43,960 bases of DNA from an uncultured Verrucomicrobiae bacterium (GCA_963788655.1 CAWBHS010000047.1:1-43960); one strand, 5' to 3'. Positions 19,701 to 31,375 are shown, counted from the stretch's first letter. The notes: generated by a model from the letters alone, not told the origin. A program made the numbers and translations.

Positions 19701-22700
19701 GTGCCTCGCACCGGCTCATCGGCGACGCCAGTGACAAACGTCTGACCAGTCCATTGGGCTTTGATGGTATCGGTAGCCTCGTTCTGTCCACCCGTTTCCA
19801 CGACATTGGCAATCAACTGGGCAAACGGAAACGGAGCGACTACCACCCCATACATGTTGCCCCCGGCATTCTGGTCATAGATGGGGAAGGTTCCCGCCGG
19901 AACCACTTTGAAGTAAATGTTGAACCGTTGGTTAATGGAGTCATCCGCATTTTCGTCAATGCCGACTTCGTCGGGAATGGTGCTGTCCCCAGGACCGATT
20001 GGCTCCCGTCCTCATGGGCGCGAATCCTTCGCTGGCCAACCATGCAGGCGGCGGATTGTTCCTTTGGTCCCAAAGGAAATAAACCTTGGCGGGCGCATTC
20101 ACGGTTACATCCAACCGGTACCCGGCTTGTTTATTGTCATTGCCGCTCATGATGTATTCCTGGTTCACGAGATACTCCGGAATGGGTATGGCGCCATCGG
20201 GAGCGAAATACGCATGCGATCGATCCACATAAGCGGGAGCCTTGAAGCCAAAGTAACCCACCGTGTAGGACGCGTCAGCGCTGGTGCCTTTGATTGGCTC
20301 GTCGGCGACGCCGGTGACAAAGGTTTGGCCCGTCCATTGGGCCACAATGGTGTCGGTCGCCTCGTTTTGCCCGCCGGACTCCGCTACGTTGGCGATCAAC
20401 TGTGGACGAGGGTTGTTACCAATCACCACGCCATACATGTTATTGCCGGAACCGCCCCGCTCATACATTGAGAAGGAGCCGGCCGGAACGGCTTTCGCGT
20501 AAACCGCGAAGTAACTATTGATGTCATTATTGGCGCCTTCATCCAGGCCCAGTTCGTCGGGTTGACTAAAGTCGCCCGCGCGGTTCTGTCCGGTCTTGAC
20601 CGGAACCCAGCCGTTGTCGGCCACCCACGCCGGCAGTGCCATCCGCTCGTCAAACAGGAGATAGGCAACGGCGGGCGCGTTCACGGTGATATCCAACTGG
20701 AAGGAATCACGGTCACGGTTGTCATTGCCAATCATGAGGTACTCCTGGTTCACCAAATAGGGTGGAATCGGCAGCGCGGGCGTCGAGGAGAACCACGCAT
20801 GTTCCCGATCCACAAAGGCCGGCGCCTTGTGCCCCATATAGCCCACCGTGTAAGGCGCGTCGGCGGCCGTAGCTTTAACCGGTTCGTTGGCTACGCCATT
20901 CACGAACGTTTGGCCGGTCCACTGGGCGACAATTGTGTCGGTCGCTTCATTGTACCCGCCGGTTTCCACCACGTTGGCGATCAGCGTTCCACTCTGGCCG
21001 AGCGACAGGCCAAGGAAGACGTCAGCGACAGCCGATTCCGTCGCGGCCCCCAGGCAGCCGTTGAACACGCCGTCCACGGTGACGAGGTAATTGCGGCACG
21101 GAAAATCCTCCAGTGCCGGATCCACCGTCAGGGTTACCACTTGGCTTGCCGAATCAATATTGACGCCGGTCACCACGGTATTGTTGTTGACCTGATAGTT
21201 GAGCGTATCCGTCGCGGACGCCGGATTTAGCTTACGATCAAAGGTGAGAATGATCTGGGCGGGATTCCCAATTTGACGCGCGGCGATGACCACCCGCGGG
21301 GGTACGGTGTCGGGCTGTATGGCCAGGACGGCAACATCACTGGTGGCCGACACGGCGGCCGGAGTTGAAACGATTACCCGAAACGCGGGGGAGCCTTCGC
21401 ACTGATCCACCAGAAGGTTGTAGGTCGCGTCCGTTGCGCCCGGAATATCCATAAAACCCGCGCCATCATCCCGCTGCCATTGATAGCTCAGCGTGGCGGT
21501 GTTGCCAAAGCAGTCCGTGTTGAAAGCGGCCACTCTGAAGTTCGCGGCGTTGAAGGCGGTCACTTCAATGCTTTGCGGTTGCTCGGTGAACGTAATAGCC
21601 GACACCGGGAACTCGATGGCGGCATCAGGGGCGATGGGATTTCCCACCAAGTCCTCAATATTGTACACCTCCAAGGTGTAGGTGGCGCCCGGTGTCTGGG
21701 GAGTGGTGGTGAGGACGACGGTGTCTGGGCTGGCCACGACCGCGTCCCCCACTATATTCAAGCCCGCAATGAAATAGTTGAACGCATCAATTGCCAGCGA
21801 CTCATTGATTGGCTCAGAGAATTGAACCCGCACCTGGGTGAGTCCAATATCGCCGCAAGCGGCCACCAGCGTTGGCGGGACGGTGTCCTCAATCACCGAG
21901 ATGGTCGCCACGGCTTCGGTGCGTTTGCCGGGCACGAGGGCCACGGACTTGATTTTGATGCCGTTCTGAGCCAACGACAGCATCGGAATGGCCACCGTAT
22001 TTTCGTATTCCCCGGCCAATAATTCAAAGCATCCCGAATTGGGGGCCGATTCCAGGTACCAGCGATATTCCAACAATCCCTCCGGCGCCCCCGTCACGGT
22101 GGCGGTGACGGAGAAAGTCGCGGTCTTGTTCTCGGCAATGGTCTTGTCGGCCAAGCCGCTGAGCGTCAGGTCGGCATCGGGATAAGTGGTGAAGTCCCCG
22201 TAGTCTTCGAAGTCGGCGGTCGTCAGGCTGCCTGCGAGATGGGAGTTGACCGCCAACCCCAGTAACACTGGGCCGCCAAGCCAGGGCCGATTGATTGAGT
22301 CTTCGCTGGCAATCGAAGCCCATGTGGTTCCATCCTGGGAATACAGGTACTCGAAAACGGTTCCCGTACGTTTGAGCCGCAACCACGCGGGATATTGATC
22401 GACATTCGGGGGCGTCTGGGGGTCGATACCAGTCGGGGGACTCGTTAAACTATACGAGCTGCCTCCTTGGGTATCCCGGAATTGTACGTTGTAAGTGTTT
22501 CTTCCAGGCGCATCCACCGGGAACATCATTGCGATGGTATTCGGGCTGGCGGCATCCAGGCTGACCCGAGCCATGATACCGGCCTTGGCGGCGCCATCCG
22601 TTGCGTCCAACCGGTTCACCTTGACCTTTACATCGAAGTCGGCGGCGCGAAGATTGTAGAGATAATTGAATTGGTCGGAGGTACCAAAAATATCCGTGCC

Positions 22701-25700
22701 GTCGGCCTGCACCTGAACGACCCCTTCCTGGCTCGAGAAATGGCCGCCCAAGGGACTGGAGCCGCCAATGCCTGCCTCGAAGGACGCCCACACGACACCA
22801 TTCAGAGTGACGGACACCGGATTGCCCCCGGCATCGGTGACACCGTTGACAACCAGTTCGTATCCGTCCGCCACCGGCGTTGCGGGATTCAACGTCAGCA
22901 TTACTTTCGAAGGGCTGTAGAGCGCAATGCTGTCGATCGTTTTAGAGCCGCAAGCGTCACTGACCGTCCAATGGGAGGGATCAGTCGCTGACGCGACGTT
23001 CAAAGCCTCGCTAAATTCGACACCAATCTGAGTGCTGCTGGCCGCAGCGGTGGACAGCACTTCCGGCGGGGTGACATCCAGCGTGACGGTCAACATCGCG
23101 GAGTCGCTGATTACCGAGGCTCCCGGCACGGAGACCACGACATCAATCATGGCGCCATCGTCCGCCTGCTGCACCGATGCGATGGTATAGGTGTCGTTGT
23201 TGGCGTTCGGAATATTGATGCCGTTCTTGCGCCATTGATAGCCCTGCGTGACACCCTGGTCGTTATTCGCGACCACGGTAAAGCTGGCGGCCCTGAATTC
23301 TTCTATCGCTGCCGCTTGCGGCTGCTGCTCAATGGTGATGGTGGCCACATTAGCCGGATCCGAGGCGGCCGCCAGGTTGGATCTCGGGATGGGGACGAAC
23401 ACGCCCGGATTGCTGGGGGTGGCCCAACTGATCACCAGGTAATCGCCTCCGGTGCCTTCCTGCATCAGGGCTTCGGTGTAGTACATTTGGCCGGCCGTCA
23501 GGTTGTAGGTCAGCGGTCCGATCGGCTGCGTGCAACCGCCGCAGTCGCCCTCGACCAGGATCACCGTTTCCTTCGTGGCGGGATCATCGTCGGTGGGGTT
23601 GAGCAGCAGCCAACCCGAGTCATCACTGTGCAATTGGAACTGATACAATCCCGATTCGGACGGAATGATGAACCCGAAGACCTTAACGCCATAATTGTCT
23701 CGCCCACTGTCACCGAGAGCGGGATTCACCGCATATTGCGGAAAGTAATCCGTCAGATCGGGATGGCTTGGCCATTTCGGGCTGTTGGTGAGGGTGCTGA
23801 AGCCGTTGGTTCCCGATAAGTCGTAATAGAACTCCCGGGCCATGAATCCGGGACTCCATACCCAGGAGGTGAAGTCAATTGCCGTCGGATCGGCAATCTG
23901 ATTTTGGTTGTCGGAAATGTCTCGGACATTGAAAATCTCCAGAGTGTACGTGGTGTTCGGGGTCTGGGGATCGGTTCCCAGCAGCACCGTTTGCGGATCC
24001 AGTTGGACCGCGGTGTAAACGGTGAAGCTGGTATTGAAGAAATTGAACGCATCTTTCGCGTCGTCTGGGTTGATCGCTTCGGAGAACGTGACGACAATCT
24101 GCCGCAGGGTGGGATCGCCGGACACGGATACCACGGTGGGCAAAGTCGTATCCGGATTAACCGTCAAGGTCGCTGTGTCGCTCGTCACAACACCCCCGCT
24201 CTGCGCGGTCACGACGACGGAATAGTCACCCGCGTCGGCGAATTGAGCCTGGGGAATGGCATAAGTATCCTGGATCGCATCCTGGATCGGTGCCTCGTTG
24301 TAGTACCATTGAGAGGTGTGGGGCGGGCCCTCCACCTCCACGGAGAAGCTCACCGGATGGCCTTGCTCGATCGTCTGACTTTGCGGTTGCAGGACGATGG
24401 TATTGGTTTCCTTGGGCACCGGCCCGACGACGAGGCCATACATGTTGTTCCCTGTGCCCCCGCGTTCGTGGGTGATGGCAACGCCGGCTGGGGCGACTCG
24501 CGAGTAAACATCGAACCAATTGTTGATGGTGCCATCGGCACTTTCATCAATGCCCACCTCATCAGGTGCCGCCAGGCTGCCCGCGCGATTGGCGCCGGTG
24601 GAAACGGGAGTGAAGCCATCATCGGTCACCCATGCCGGCAGCGGCATCCGATTGTCAAACAGCAGGTACAGGATCGCATTGTCGTTCAGGGCGATATTCA
24701 ATTGGAAGGCGGCATCTTCGCGACTGTTGTTGGCCATCATGATATATTCCAGCCCATTCAAGTAGGACGGGATTCCCACCAGCACATCCGCCACGCTGTA
24801 TTCGTGAGTCCGGTCAGTGTAAGCCGGCACGTTTTCATTGAAGTAAGGCACGGTGAAGCCGGCGCCAAGGTTGGGGTGGTCAAATGTTTGTCCGGTCCAC
24901 TCCGCTTGCGGGGTAACCCCACCGGTTTGCACCACGTTGGCGATGAGCGGTGGGGGCAACGTGCCCGACATGTATTGCACCGCTTGCAGGAACATTTTGG
25001 CGCCGTCGTCCGTCAGGTCATAAATGCCGGCGCCTTCCGAGGTTAGGCCGTCATGCTCGCGGCTGCCGCTGAAGAAAACCAACCGGTGCCCCGCCAGCAC
25101 GTCGGCGGTGCCATCGGCCATGACAGCGCCTGCTTGCCATTCGCCGATCATCATGCCGCCCTGCGCCGGGTCGCCGGCGGTTCCTACCGTGGCCAGTACC
25201 GTTCCGCCGCCCGCCACGGGATCGGTGTTCACCGAAATGCCGCGTTCGGTCGTGCCATTAAAATCCGCAAGGCCGGCAAAGGCATTGCGCATCGTTTTAT
25301 TCCCATTGAGCGCTATCCCGGCAAAGATTGGATGCGTGGGGACATTGACCGTTAAGCTCACATCGCCGGCAGTGTCCGGAACGGTCGCACCGGTGGTGTA
25401 GCCCATACGGCTGTTCCGCGTGGTGTAACCGTTCATAACAATCATCGGCGCCGTAATGCCATTCCAAGCGGTGGCGCCGGCATTCTGGTAGTGCGTGCTC
25501 GAAGTTGACCGGCCGATAATGACCAAGTCGAACGTATTCAACAGACCCGCGTCGGGAGTCACCGAGGTGATGATACGAGTGACCGTGTAGCCGTTGTCTT
25601 CCAAAAACCGGGTGTAGCCCGCATCGGGCGCCTCGGTAAAGCCGGCCGCGGCGGCATTGGCCGACGGCGTGTCGTCGGCGGGATGGAACGTCACCCAGGC

Positions 25701-26726
25701 AATCTTTCCCGCCGTGGCGGGCTCGGGCGTGTAAATGCCCGGTTTGTAACCGTAAAAGTCCGTGTCGAAAGCCGAATACTGCGGCGTGGCGCCCGCGCCG
25801 AAGGCCATCAACGTGAGGTCCCCGAGCGTGCTGTTCTCGTCGTGCGTGCCGGCAGTGACGTGGAAGACCGAAGGAGTCAGCGAACCGTCCATGTAGATTT
25901 CCACACGGTGGGTGCCACCACCGGAAGTATCACCGACGATGGTGATCCAGAATTCATGCCACTCCGTCAGGCTCTCATCGCCGATCGGCAGAATATTGGG
26001 TGTGCCAGCCTCCCCTGCGTCAACGTCACCCGTTTGCGTGGTGCCATTCAGGTGGTTCATGGCCAAGCCGCCGCCGGCCGCGTATTCGGCATTGGCGCCG
26101 CTGTTGGCCAGCGAGAAGGCAATCGCCTCGCCATTCCCAATCTGCCGGATGTGGAAATTGTCTTTCGCATTGTCATGGATGTAGGTGCCATTGCCCAGCG
26201 CCGGCCAGGCGAACGGAGCTGAACCGTCGGCCGGATATACCATAGGGTCCAACGGCCCCGTCGCCGTAGTTGCCAACCGCGCCCGGAAGGTGATGGTCAC
26301 GCCATCATCCAAAATCGTCGGGCTGACGCCTTCAGCGGTCAGATTATGATGAAAACCAACCTTGCGGTTGGAAGGATCGCCCGCTGTAAATCCGTGTTGG
26401 CGGGGATCCCCAGTATCCTGGATGCGCAAGAAGGTGGTGCCGTCCCCTGCGGTGACGGTCATCGCTCCTCCCGGCAAGCCGCCGCCGATCTGGGATCCGT
26501 CCCACGCGCTATTGCCCGTACCGTGAGTCCACGTCCCATCGAGCGCATCATAAACGGCGCCGCCCGCTCCGGCGGCGTCACCCACACCGTCATAAAGATA
26601 GGACCAGCCGCCCGGCGGATTTTGGTACGCGACGCCCGCAAGCGCGGAGTGGGGCGGGAAGAACAAGGCCAACCATACAAAGATGGGCACGAAGAGAGAC
26701 AACTTCTTGAAGCGTGTTGTTTGCAT
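16799..26726 (-). CDS. Giant secreted multidomain surface protein (~3,308 aa after removing one base near 19991): Ig-like, PA14, ConA/DUF1349-like, five ~190-aa repeats, Big_9/cadherin-like, helical C-terminus
   Basis: Sec signal MQTTRFKK...SALA. PA14 (SDDSGWLLL...EGTGGD). Ig QPQ...YQW. Big_9 PAHGTLTG..YTP..Y.G.DSFT. ORFs 19956..26726 and 16799..19906 join inside a repeat copy once a single extra base is removed. Confidence 0.85.
18665..20984 (-). repeat. Four tandem ~585-bp intragenic repeats (LIANV...MYGVV); a fifth, shorter copy at 24423-24947
   Basis: Copies start at 20984, 20399, 19816 and 19228. Differences are largely at synonymous positions. Confidence 0.9.
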
Positions 26727-27466
26727 AACGGTTATTCTGTCTGATTATTTTCCGACGCGCCGCCAGCTTGCCGCTCGATAAACGAACGCAGGCGCCAATA
26801 ATGCGCCGGACATGCCTGTTACAGGAGTGACGTATTTAAACCACAGTTTTCAACCTTTGGCAATCAGAAAAACTACAAAACTGTAACAGGAATTGTCCCT
26901 TTCGCGCGCCCCCGGCAAATTCAACCTTCTTCGGTTCATGCTCGTCATTATGGAAGCGCCTGTTTTCATGGCGGGCGGCATGAGGCCATATCACCACGTT
27001 TGACCAGCCGGGCCGGATCAGGCGTAAACATCCGCACCGATTGGTGAAAGTCTCGCTTCGAGGGCGCAATTTTGAACATTGAACCGGTTCTTGGCTGGGC
27101 CGTGGGCTCTGAGAACTGTTGGCCAAGGTTCCGAATCCAACGGACGTCACCGTTCTCATGACGGACACCCCTTTGCCACGAGAGTGGTATCCGGTGATCG
27201 AAGGTCGCGATCGATACCGCGTGAGCCTGGAAGAACGGTGGGCGGTCAAACCTTGCTTTACTTCCCCAAGGCAGCGTATTGATCTCCGTCCGACCAAGCG
27301 TTGACCCGGGAGGCCCGGGCCTCGTTGGGCGGGACTTTTTTAGAATTGCAGCCGCGGCCTGACAACCACCAGCGGGGTAGTTTGGAGGTTGGGGGACCTC
27401 CAACGCCGAAACCACCGTGGTTTCCAGCGACCCGGCGAGGCTGAGCGCCGGCGTTCGGGATTAACT

Positions 27467-27496
27467 TTGACGGATCGAAAAGCGGTCGCGTACAAG
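27467..27496 (+). promoter_or_regulatory. Possible sigma70-type promoter for DUF4956-hlyD
   Basis: TTGACG-18 nt-TACAAG, about 50 nt before the ATG at 27549. Confidence 0.3.
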
Positions 27497-27548
27497 AAAT
27501 TTTTCTTCCCAAACGCGAGCCCAGAGTTTTAATTAACGAAGAATCACC

Positions 27549-28232
27549 ATGAATTTTGATTGGATAACTCAAGGCGAGTTTGGCTCGGGCCCCGCTAACT
27601 GGCCGTTAATGATGCTCGGGCTGCTGCTGGCCTTTGCGTGTGGGCACGTCATTTCGTGGGTGTACATGATGACCCATTCGGGACTGTCGTATTCGCGGTC
27701 CTTTGTCAATTCCCTGATCCTGCTGCCGCCCATTGTAGCGCTGGTGATGATGGTGCTGGTCAACAATCTCATCACCGCGTTCGGCATGATGGCCGTGTTT
27801 GCCATCGTCCGCTTCCGCAATATTCTGCGGGACACGCTGGATACCACCTACATTCTGATCAGCCTGGTGATCGGCATGGCCACCGGGACTTACAAGTTCT
27901 CCAGCGCGGTCATTGGCTGCGCGATGGTGTGCGTAACCCTGCTTTACCTGTGGTACGCCCATTTCGGGATCCGCCACCGTTATGATTTGATCGTGAGCCT
28001 GCTGTGGTCCCGTTCCAGCGCCGAAAAGCCCGATCTCGAACGCGTGCTTCGGCGGCACAGCATTACCAAACTCATGCCGAGTGAACGCTCCAGTGAAGAG
28101 GGCACGCTGCTCTCCTACCGCTTGTTGTTGCGGGACGCCAACCGTTCCGACGAACTCAAAGACGAACTGGAACAGGTGCCGGGAGTTTCCCGGGTCAACG
28201 TGATGCATGCCGAAGACGAATCTGAATTGTAA
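27549..28232 (+). CDS. DUF4956 family membrane protein (MgtC/SapB-like TM part, ACT-like C-terminus)
   Basis: THSGLSYSRSFV, NNLITAFGMMAVFAIVRFRNILRDT, IGMATG. Confidence 0.85.
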   Translation: MNFDWITQGEFGSGPANWPLMMLGLLLAFACGHVISWVYMMTHSGLSYSRSFVNSLILLPPIVALVMMVLVNNLITAFGMMAVFAIVRFRNILRDTLDTTYILISLVIGMATGTYKFSSAVIGCAMVCVTLLYLWYAHFGIRHRYDLIVSLLWSRSSAEKPDLERVLRRHSITKLMPSERSSEEGTLLSYRLLLRDANRSDELKDELEQVPGVSRVNVMHAEDESEL

Positions 28233-28235
28233 ATT

Positions 28236-29360
28236 ATGGAAGAGCTCCCTCCCATTCCAACGCCGTTTCACCAACGCTGGCGCGAATTCCGCATCCAGGT
28301 GCTGCCGATCATCGTCTTTCTGATCACGCTGGTGACCATCGTTTACCTGTGGCGCAACTATGTCCATCCTTCCGAAGTCGTGGGGCAAGTGCAGACCAAC
28401 TCCGTCGCCGTCATCACGATCAACCAAGGATCCGTGGCGGATGTAATCGTCAATCCCTTCGAGACCGTGGCTAAAGGCCAGCCGATCTGCCGCATTGACA
28501 TCGGCAATACCGCCGTCATGGAAGCCGCGCTGGCCGCCACCGCGGCGGATTTGAAGGTGATGCAAGCCCGGATAAACCTCGATAAATTCCGCAACCAGGA
28601 TTCGCTGGTGCGCATGCGGTTGGATCTGCTCACCGAGCAGGTCGCCCAGAGTTTGGCGGAAATCCGATTGAAAAACGCGGAAGCCGAACTGAAACGGGCG
28701 ACCGTTTTGTACGACCAGAAACTCATCACGGAAGGCATGCCGCTCAACCAGGGCATCGGCGTGGATGCCAGCCGGTTCGAATTCGGGCTGGACGTGGCGC
28801 GCCGTGACCGCGACATCCTGCAAGCGGAAGTCACAAGCCGCTCCAACGTCGTCGTCGAATTGCAAAAGGAAATCAAACAGATGGCCGGCTCTCAGATGGT
28901 GCAGACGGGCCCTTCCGATCCGGCCATTGAAGAGGCCATCCGCACCAAACAGGAGGAAGTGCGGCTCCTCAACCAGCCCGTCGTCCTCAAAGCACCCATT
29001 GATGGCGTGGTAACGGTCATCAACAAACACGCGGGCGAAAAAGTCGTGCGCGGCGATGCCATTGTGACCATCAGCAGTGCCAAACCCTCCTACATTGTTG
29101 GTTACATTCGGCAACCTGTCGGCCAACTACCCCGGACCAATGATACGGTCACCGTCAGCACCCGCGCGCACCGGCGGCAGTCGGGCAAAGCCGTCGTCCT
29201 GAAGGTCGGCGCCCAACTCGAACTCATCAACCCGCTCCTGATTTCTCCTGACGCCAGCCGGCAGGAAATGGGGTTACCCTTCCTGGTCAGTGTGCCCGAG
29301 AAGATGCGCTTGATCCCTGGCGAATTCGTCGATCTGAAACTCGAATACGCCAAGAAATAA
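28236..29360 (+). CDS. HlyD family secretion / membrane fusion protein
   Basis: N-terminal TM, lipoyl halves (QGSVADV..VAKGQPI; LKAPIDGVV), coiled coil, LIPGEFVD. Confidence 0.85.
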   Translation: MEELPPIPTPFHQRWREFRIQVLPIIVFLITLVTIVYLWRNYVHPSEVVGQVQTNSVAVITINQGSVADVIVNPFETVAKGQPICRIDIGNTAVMEAALAATAADLKVMQARINLDKFRNQDSLVRMRLDLLTEQVAQSLAEIRLKNAEAELKRATVLYDQKLITEGMPLNQGIGVDASRFEFGLDVARRDRDILQAEVTSRSNVVVELQKEIKQMAGSQMVQTGPSDPAIEEAIRTKQEEVRLLNQPVVLKAPIDGVVTVINKHAGEKVVRGDAIVTISSAKPSYIVGYIRQPVGQLPRTNDTVTVSTRAHRRQSGKAVVLKVGAQLELINPLLISPDASRQEMGLPFLVSVPEKMRLIPGEFVDLKLEYAKK

Positions 29361-29472
29361 CGCCCCGCCAAAGCGCGGAGGCCTTCAGCCGCATGTTTCG
29401 ATTCCAAGCCAGCCGATCGGGCAGTTGCGAGCTTTAGCCCGGATATTTCCGAGCTTAAAACACCGACAACCG

Positions 29473-29541
29473 GTAGCCGCCGACGTGAGGAGGCGGAGTA
29501 AAGGAAGAGGCGTCAGGTCCACCTCCTACGTCGGCGGCTAC
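29473..29541. repeat. GTAG-type REP doublet, family B
   Basis: GTAGCCGCCGACGTGAGGAGGCGGA ... TCCACCTCCTACGTCGGCGGCTAC. Confidence 0.8.
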
Positions 29542-29631
29542 AGCTTTTCCGGGAGCTCCCCCAAGTTCTCGTTCGGCAATCGGGCCGAATTTGAGCGTTC
29601 CCTCAGCGCGGGTTGCAGCTATGTTGCCGCC

Positions 29632-31008
29632 ATGCGCATAACGAATTTGAATCCGGATGCGGACATCGGGGCCAGCGCGTGGTTTGTGGAAGTGGAGGAC
29701 CACCGTTTGCTGCTTGATGCCGGCACCCATCCCAAACGCGAAGGCCGCGCGAGTCTGCCGATGTACCACCTCATTGCCGAGCAGGAGGTGGACGCCATCG
29801 CGATCACGCACTGCCATCACGATCATGTGGGCTCGCTGCCGGTGGCCGTGCGTCACTTTCCCCGCGCCCACGTGCTGCTCACCGAACTGAGCTATTTCCT
29901 GGTCGAACGCGTGTTGCACAATTCCGTGAACGTCATGACGCGCCAGCGGGACGAACTGGGCATCCGGGAATATCCCCTCTATTCGCACAACGAAGTGGAC
30001 GAAATCGCGCCGCTCTTTCAAGGCTTCAAATACAACCGCGAAATCGACTGGGCGGCTTTTCAGAAAACACGGGCGGGCTTTGGCTCGCCCACGCTCGAAT
30101 TCTACGACGCCGGCCACGCCCTCGGTTCCGCGGGCATCATGGTGCGCGGCAATCGCGAGACGCTCTTTTACACGGGCGACGTTTCGTTTCGCGATCAAAC
30201 CATTCTGAAAGGGGCGCGTTTTGAAGGGGTCGAAGCCGAGATTCTGATTCTGGAAACCACCCGCGGCAGTCGGGTCATTCCGCCCGGTTTCAACCGCCCG
30301 GCGGAAATCGAGCGGCTCACCGCGGCCATTCGGGCCGTGCTCGCGCGTAAAGGCAGCGTGCTCATTCCCACCTTCGCGCTGGGTCGCACCCAGGAAATTC
30401 TGGCGTTGCTGGCGTTGTTGATGAAGGAAGGCAAGTTGAAACCCCAACCGGTTTACATCGGCGGGCTGGGCCGGGTGTTTACGGAGATCTACGATTTGGA
30501 AGCGCACCGCACCCATCGGCAGCACAGCAACCTCCAGCTTCACGAAGCCCTGAACCTCGTCGTGCTGGACAGAAAACAACTGGAACAGATGAAACTCACC
30601 GGCAGCCGTTTGTTTGTGCTCACCGCCGGCATGATGACGGAAAAAACCGGCGCGCACGAGCTGGCCCTGCGTCTCGTGGGCGATGAACGGCACGCGGTCT
30701 TTTTCGTCGGATACACCGATCCGGATACTCCGGGAGGGCGCCTCAAGGTGGCCCGACCGGGGGAATCGTTCTTTTTCAGTTCGTCGGGTGGCGAACTGGT
30801 CCCTCGCTGCGAAATGCAAAGCTTTGATCTCACCGCCCATGCAAATCGGGAGGAACTGCTGGACTTCGTCGGCCAGGTTTCGCCGCGCGTGGTGTTGCTC
30901 GGGCACGGCGAAGAGACTTCCCGCCAATGGTTCGCCGAGCAGATCCGTCAAAAGCACCCCCGGATCAAAGTCCTCCAACCTGCCCCGGGTGAAACGGTGG
31001 ACGTGTAG
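29632..31008 (+). CDS. MBL-fold beta-CASP metallo-hydrolase (RNase/CPSF73-like)
   Basis: IGASAW, LLDAG, THCHHDHVG, AGHALGSA, YTGD, LIPTFALGRTQE, AHAN, GHGE. The longer ORF call runs through a REP. Confidence 0.9.
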   Translation: MRITNLNPDADIGASAWFVEVEDHRLLLDAGTHPKREGRASLPMYHLIAEQEVDAIAITHCHHDHVGSLPVAVRHFPRAHVLLTELSYFLVERVLHNSVNVMTRQRDELGIREYPLYSHNEVDEIAPLFQGFKYNREIDWAAFQKTRAGFGSPTLEFYDAGHALGSAGIMVRGNRETLFYTGDVSFRDQTILKGARFEGVEAEILILETTRGSRVIPPGFNRPAEIERLTAAIRAVLARKGSVLIPTFALGRTQEILALLALLMKEGKLKPQPVYIGGLGRVFTEIYDLEAHRTHRQHSNLQLHEALNLVVLDRKQLEQMKLTGSRLFVLTAGMMTEKTGAHELALRLVGDERHAVFFVGYTDPDTPGGRLKVARPGESFFFSSSGGELVPRCEMQSFDLTAHANREELLDFVGQVSPRVVLLGHGEETSRQWFAEQIRQKHPRIKVLQPAPGETVDV

Positions 31009-31298
31009 GCTGGCAAGCTCCGCAAGAAAACCTTTCGCAATGGGCACTACCACGCATTATGCCGGCTGCACCCCACCAGCGCGTAGCCGTGGTTATTCGC
31101 AACTTCATGGCGTCATCTTAATCCGCCCGACGGACGGGCCAATTCCGTCCTCTTCGCAACGTCCCCAGTTCTGGTGACTGGTGGAGGACAATGGAACTGT
31201 TAAATTGAGCCCGTTGTTAGCGATGCAGAAATGCAGATTCTGTGTGAAAAAGGCGTAAAACTGCGGCGCCGCATCGGGTGGAATAAATTTGTTCTCAG

Positions 31299-31335
31299 GA
31301 AAGGGCCGGATTCAAATCCGGCCTTTCTGTTTTTC
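31299..31335 (+). terminator. Intrinsic terminator
   Basis: GAAAGGGCCGGATT-CA-AATCCGGCCTTTC followed by TGTTTTTC. Confidence 0.65.
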
Positions 31336-31375
31336 AGGATGCGTTCGCCGTATGTCCGACAGGTTTCACCGGGCC

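Noticed and set aside
19906..20000. Two separate genes or a programmed frameshift in the giant ORF
   Set aside because: The break falls mid-repeat and is repaired by removing one base. No slippery sequence is evident, and similar indels are common in this window.
18665..20984. Diversity-generating retroelement TR/VR pair
   Set aside because: All copies are in-frame coding, differences are mostly synonymous and not adenine-restricted, and no reverse transcriptase is present.
27119..27304. Small plus-strand ORF (61 aa) in the divergent intergenic region
   Set aside because: No recognisable motif or clear RBS, so it cannot be supported without a homology search.
27346..27380. c-di-GMP-I or ZTP riboswitch, or hammerhead ribozyme
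   Set aside because: Only fragmentary resemblance. The required cores (GGCAAAC..GAAA..GACGCAAA; GTGACTGG..CGCCTGGGC; CTGAnGA) are missing.
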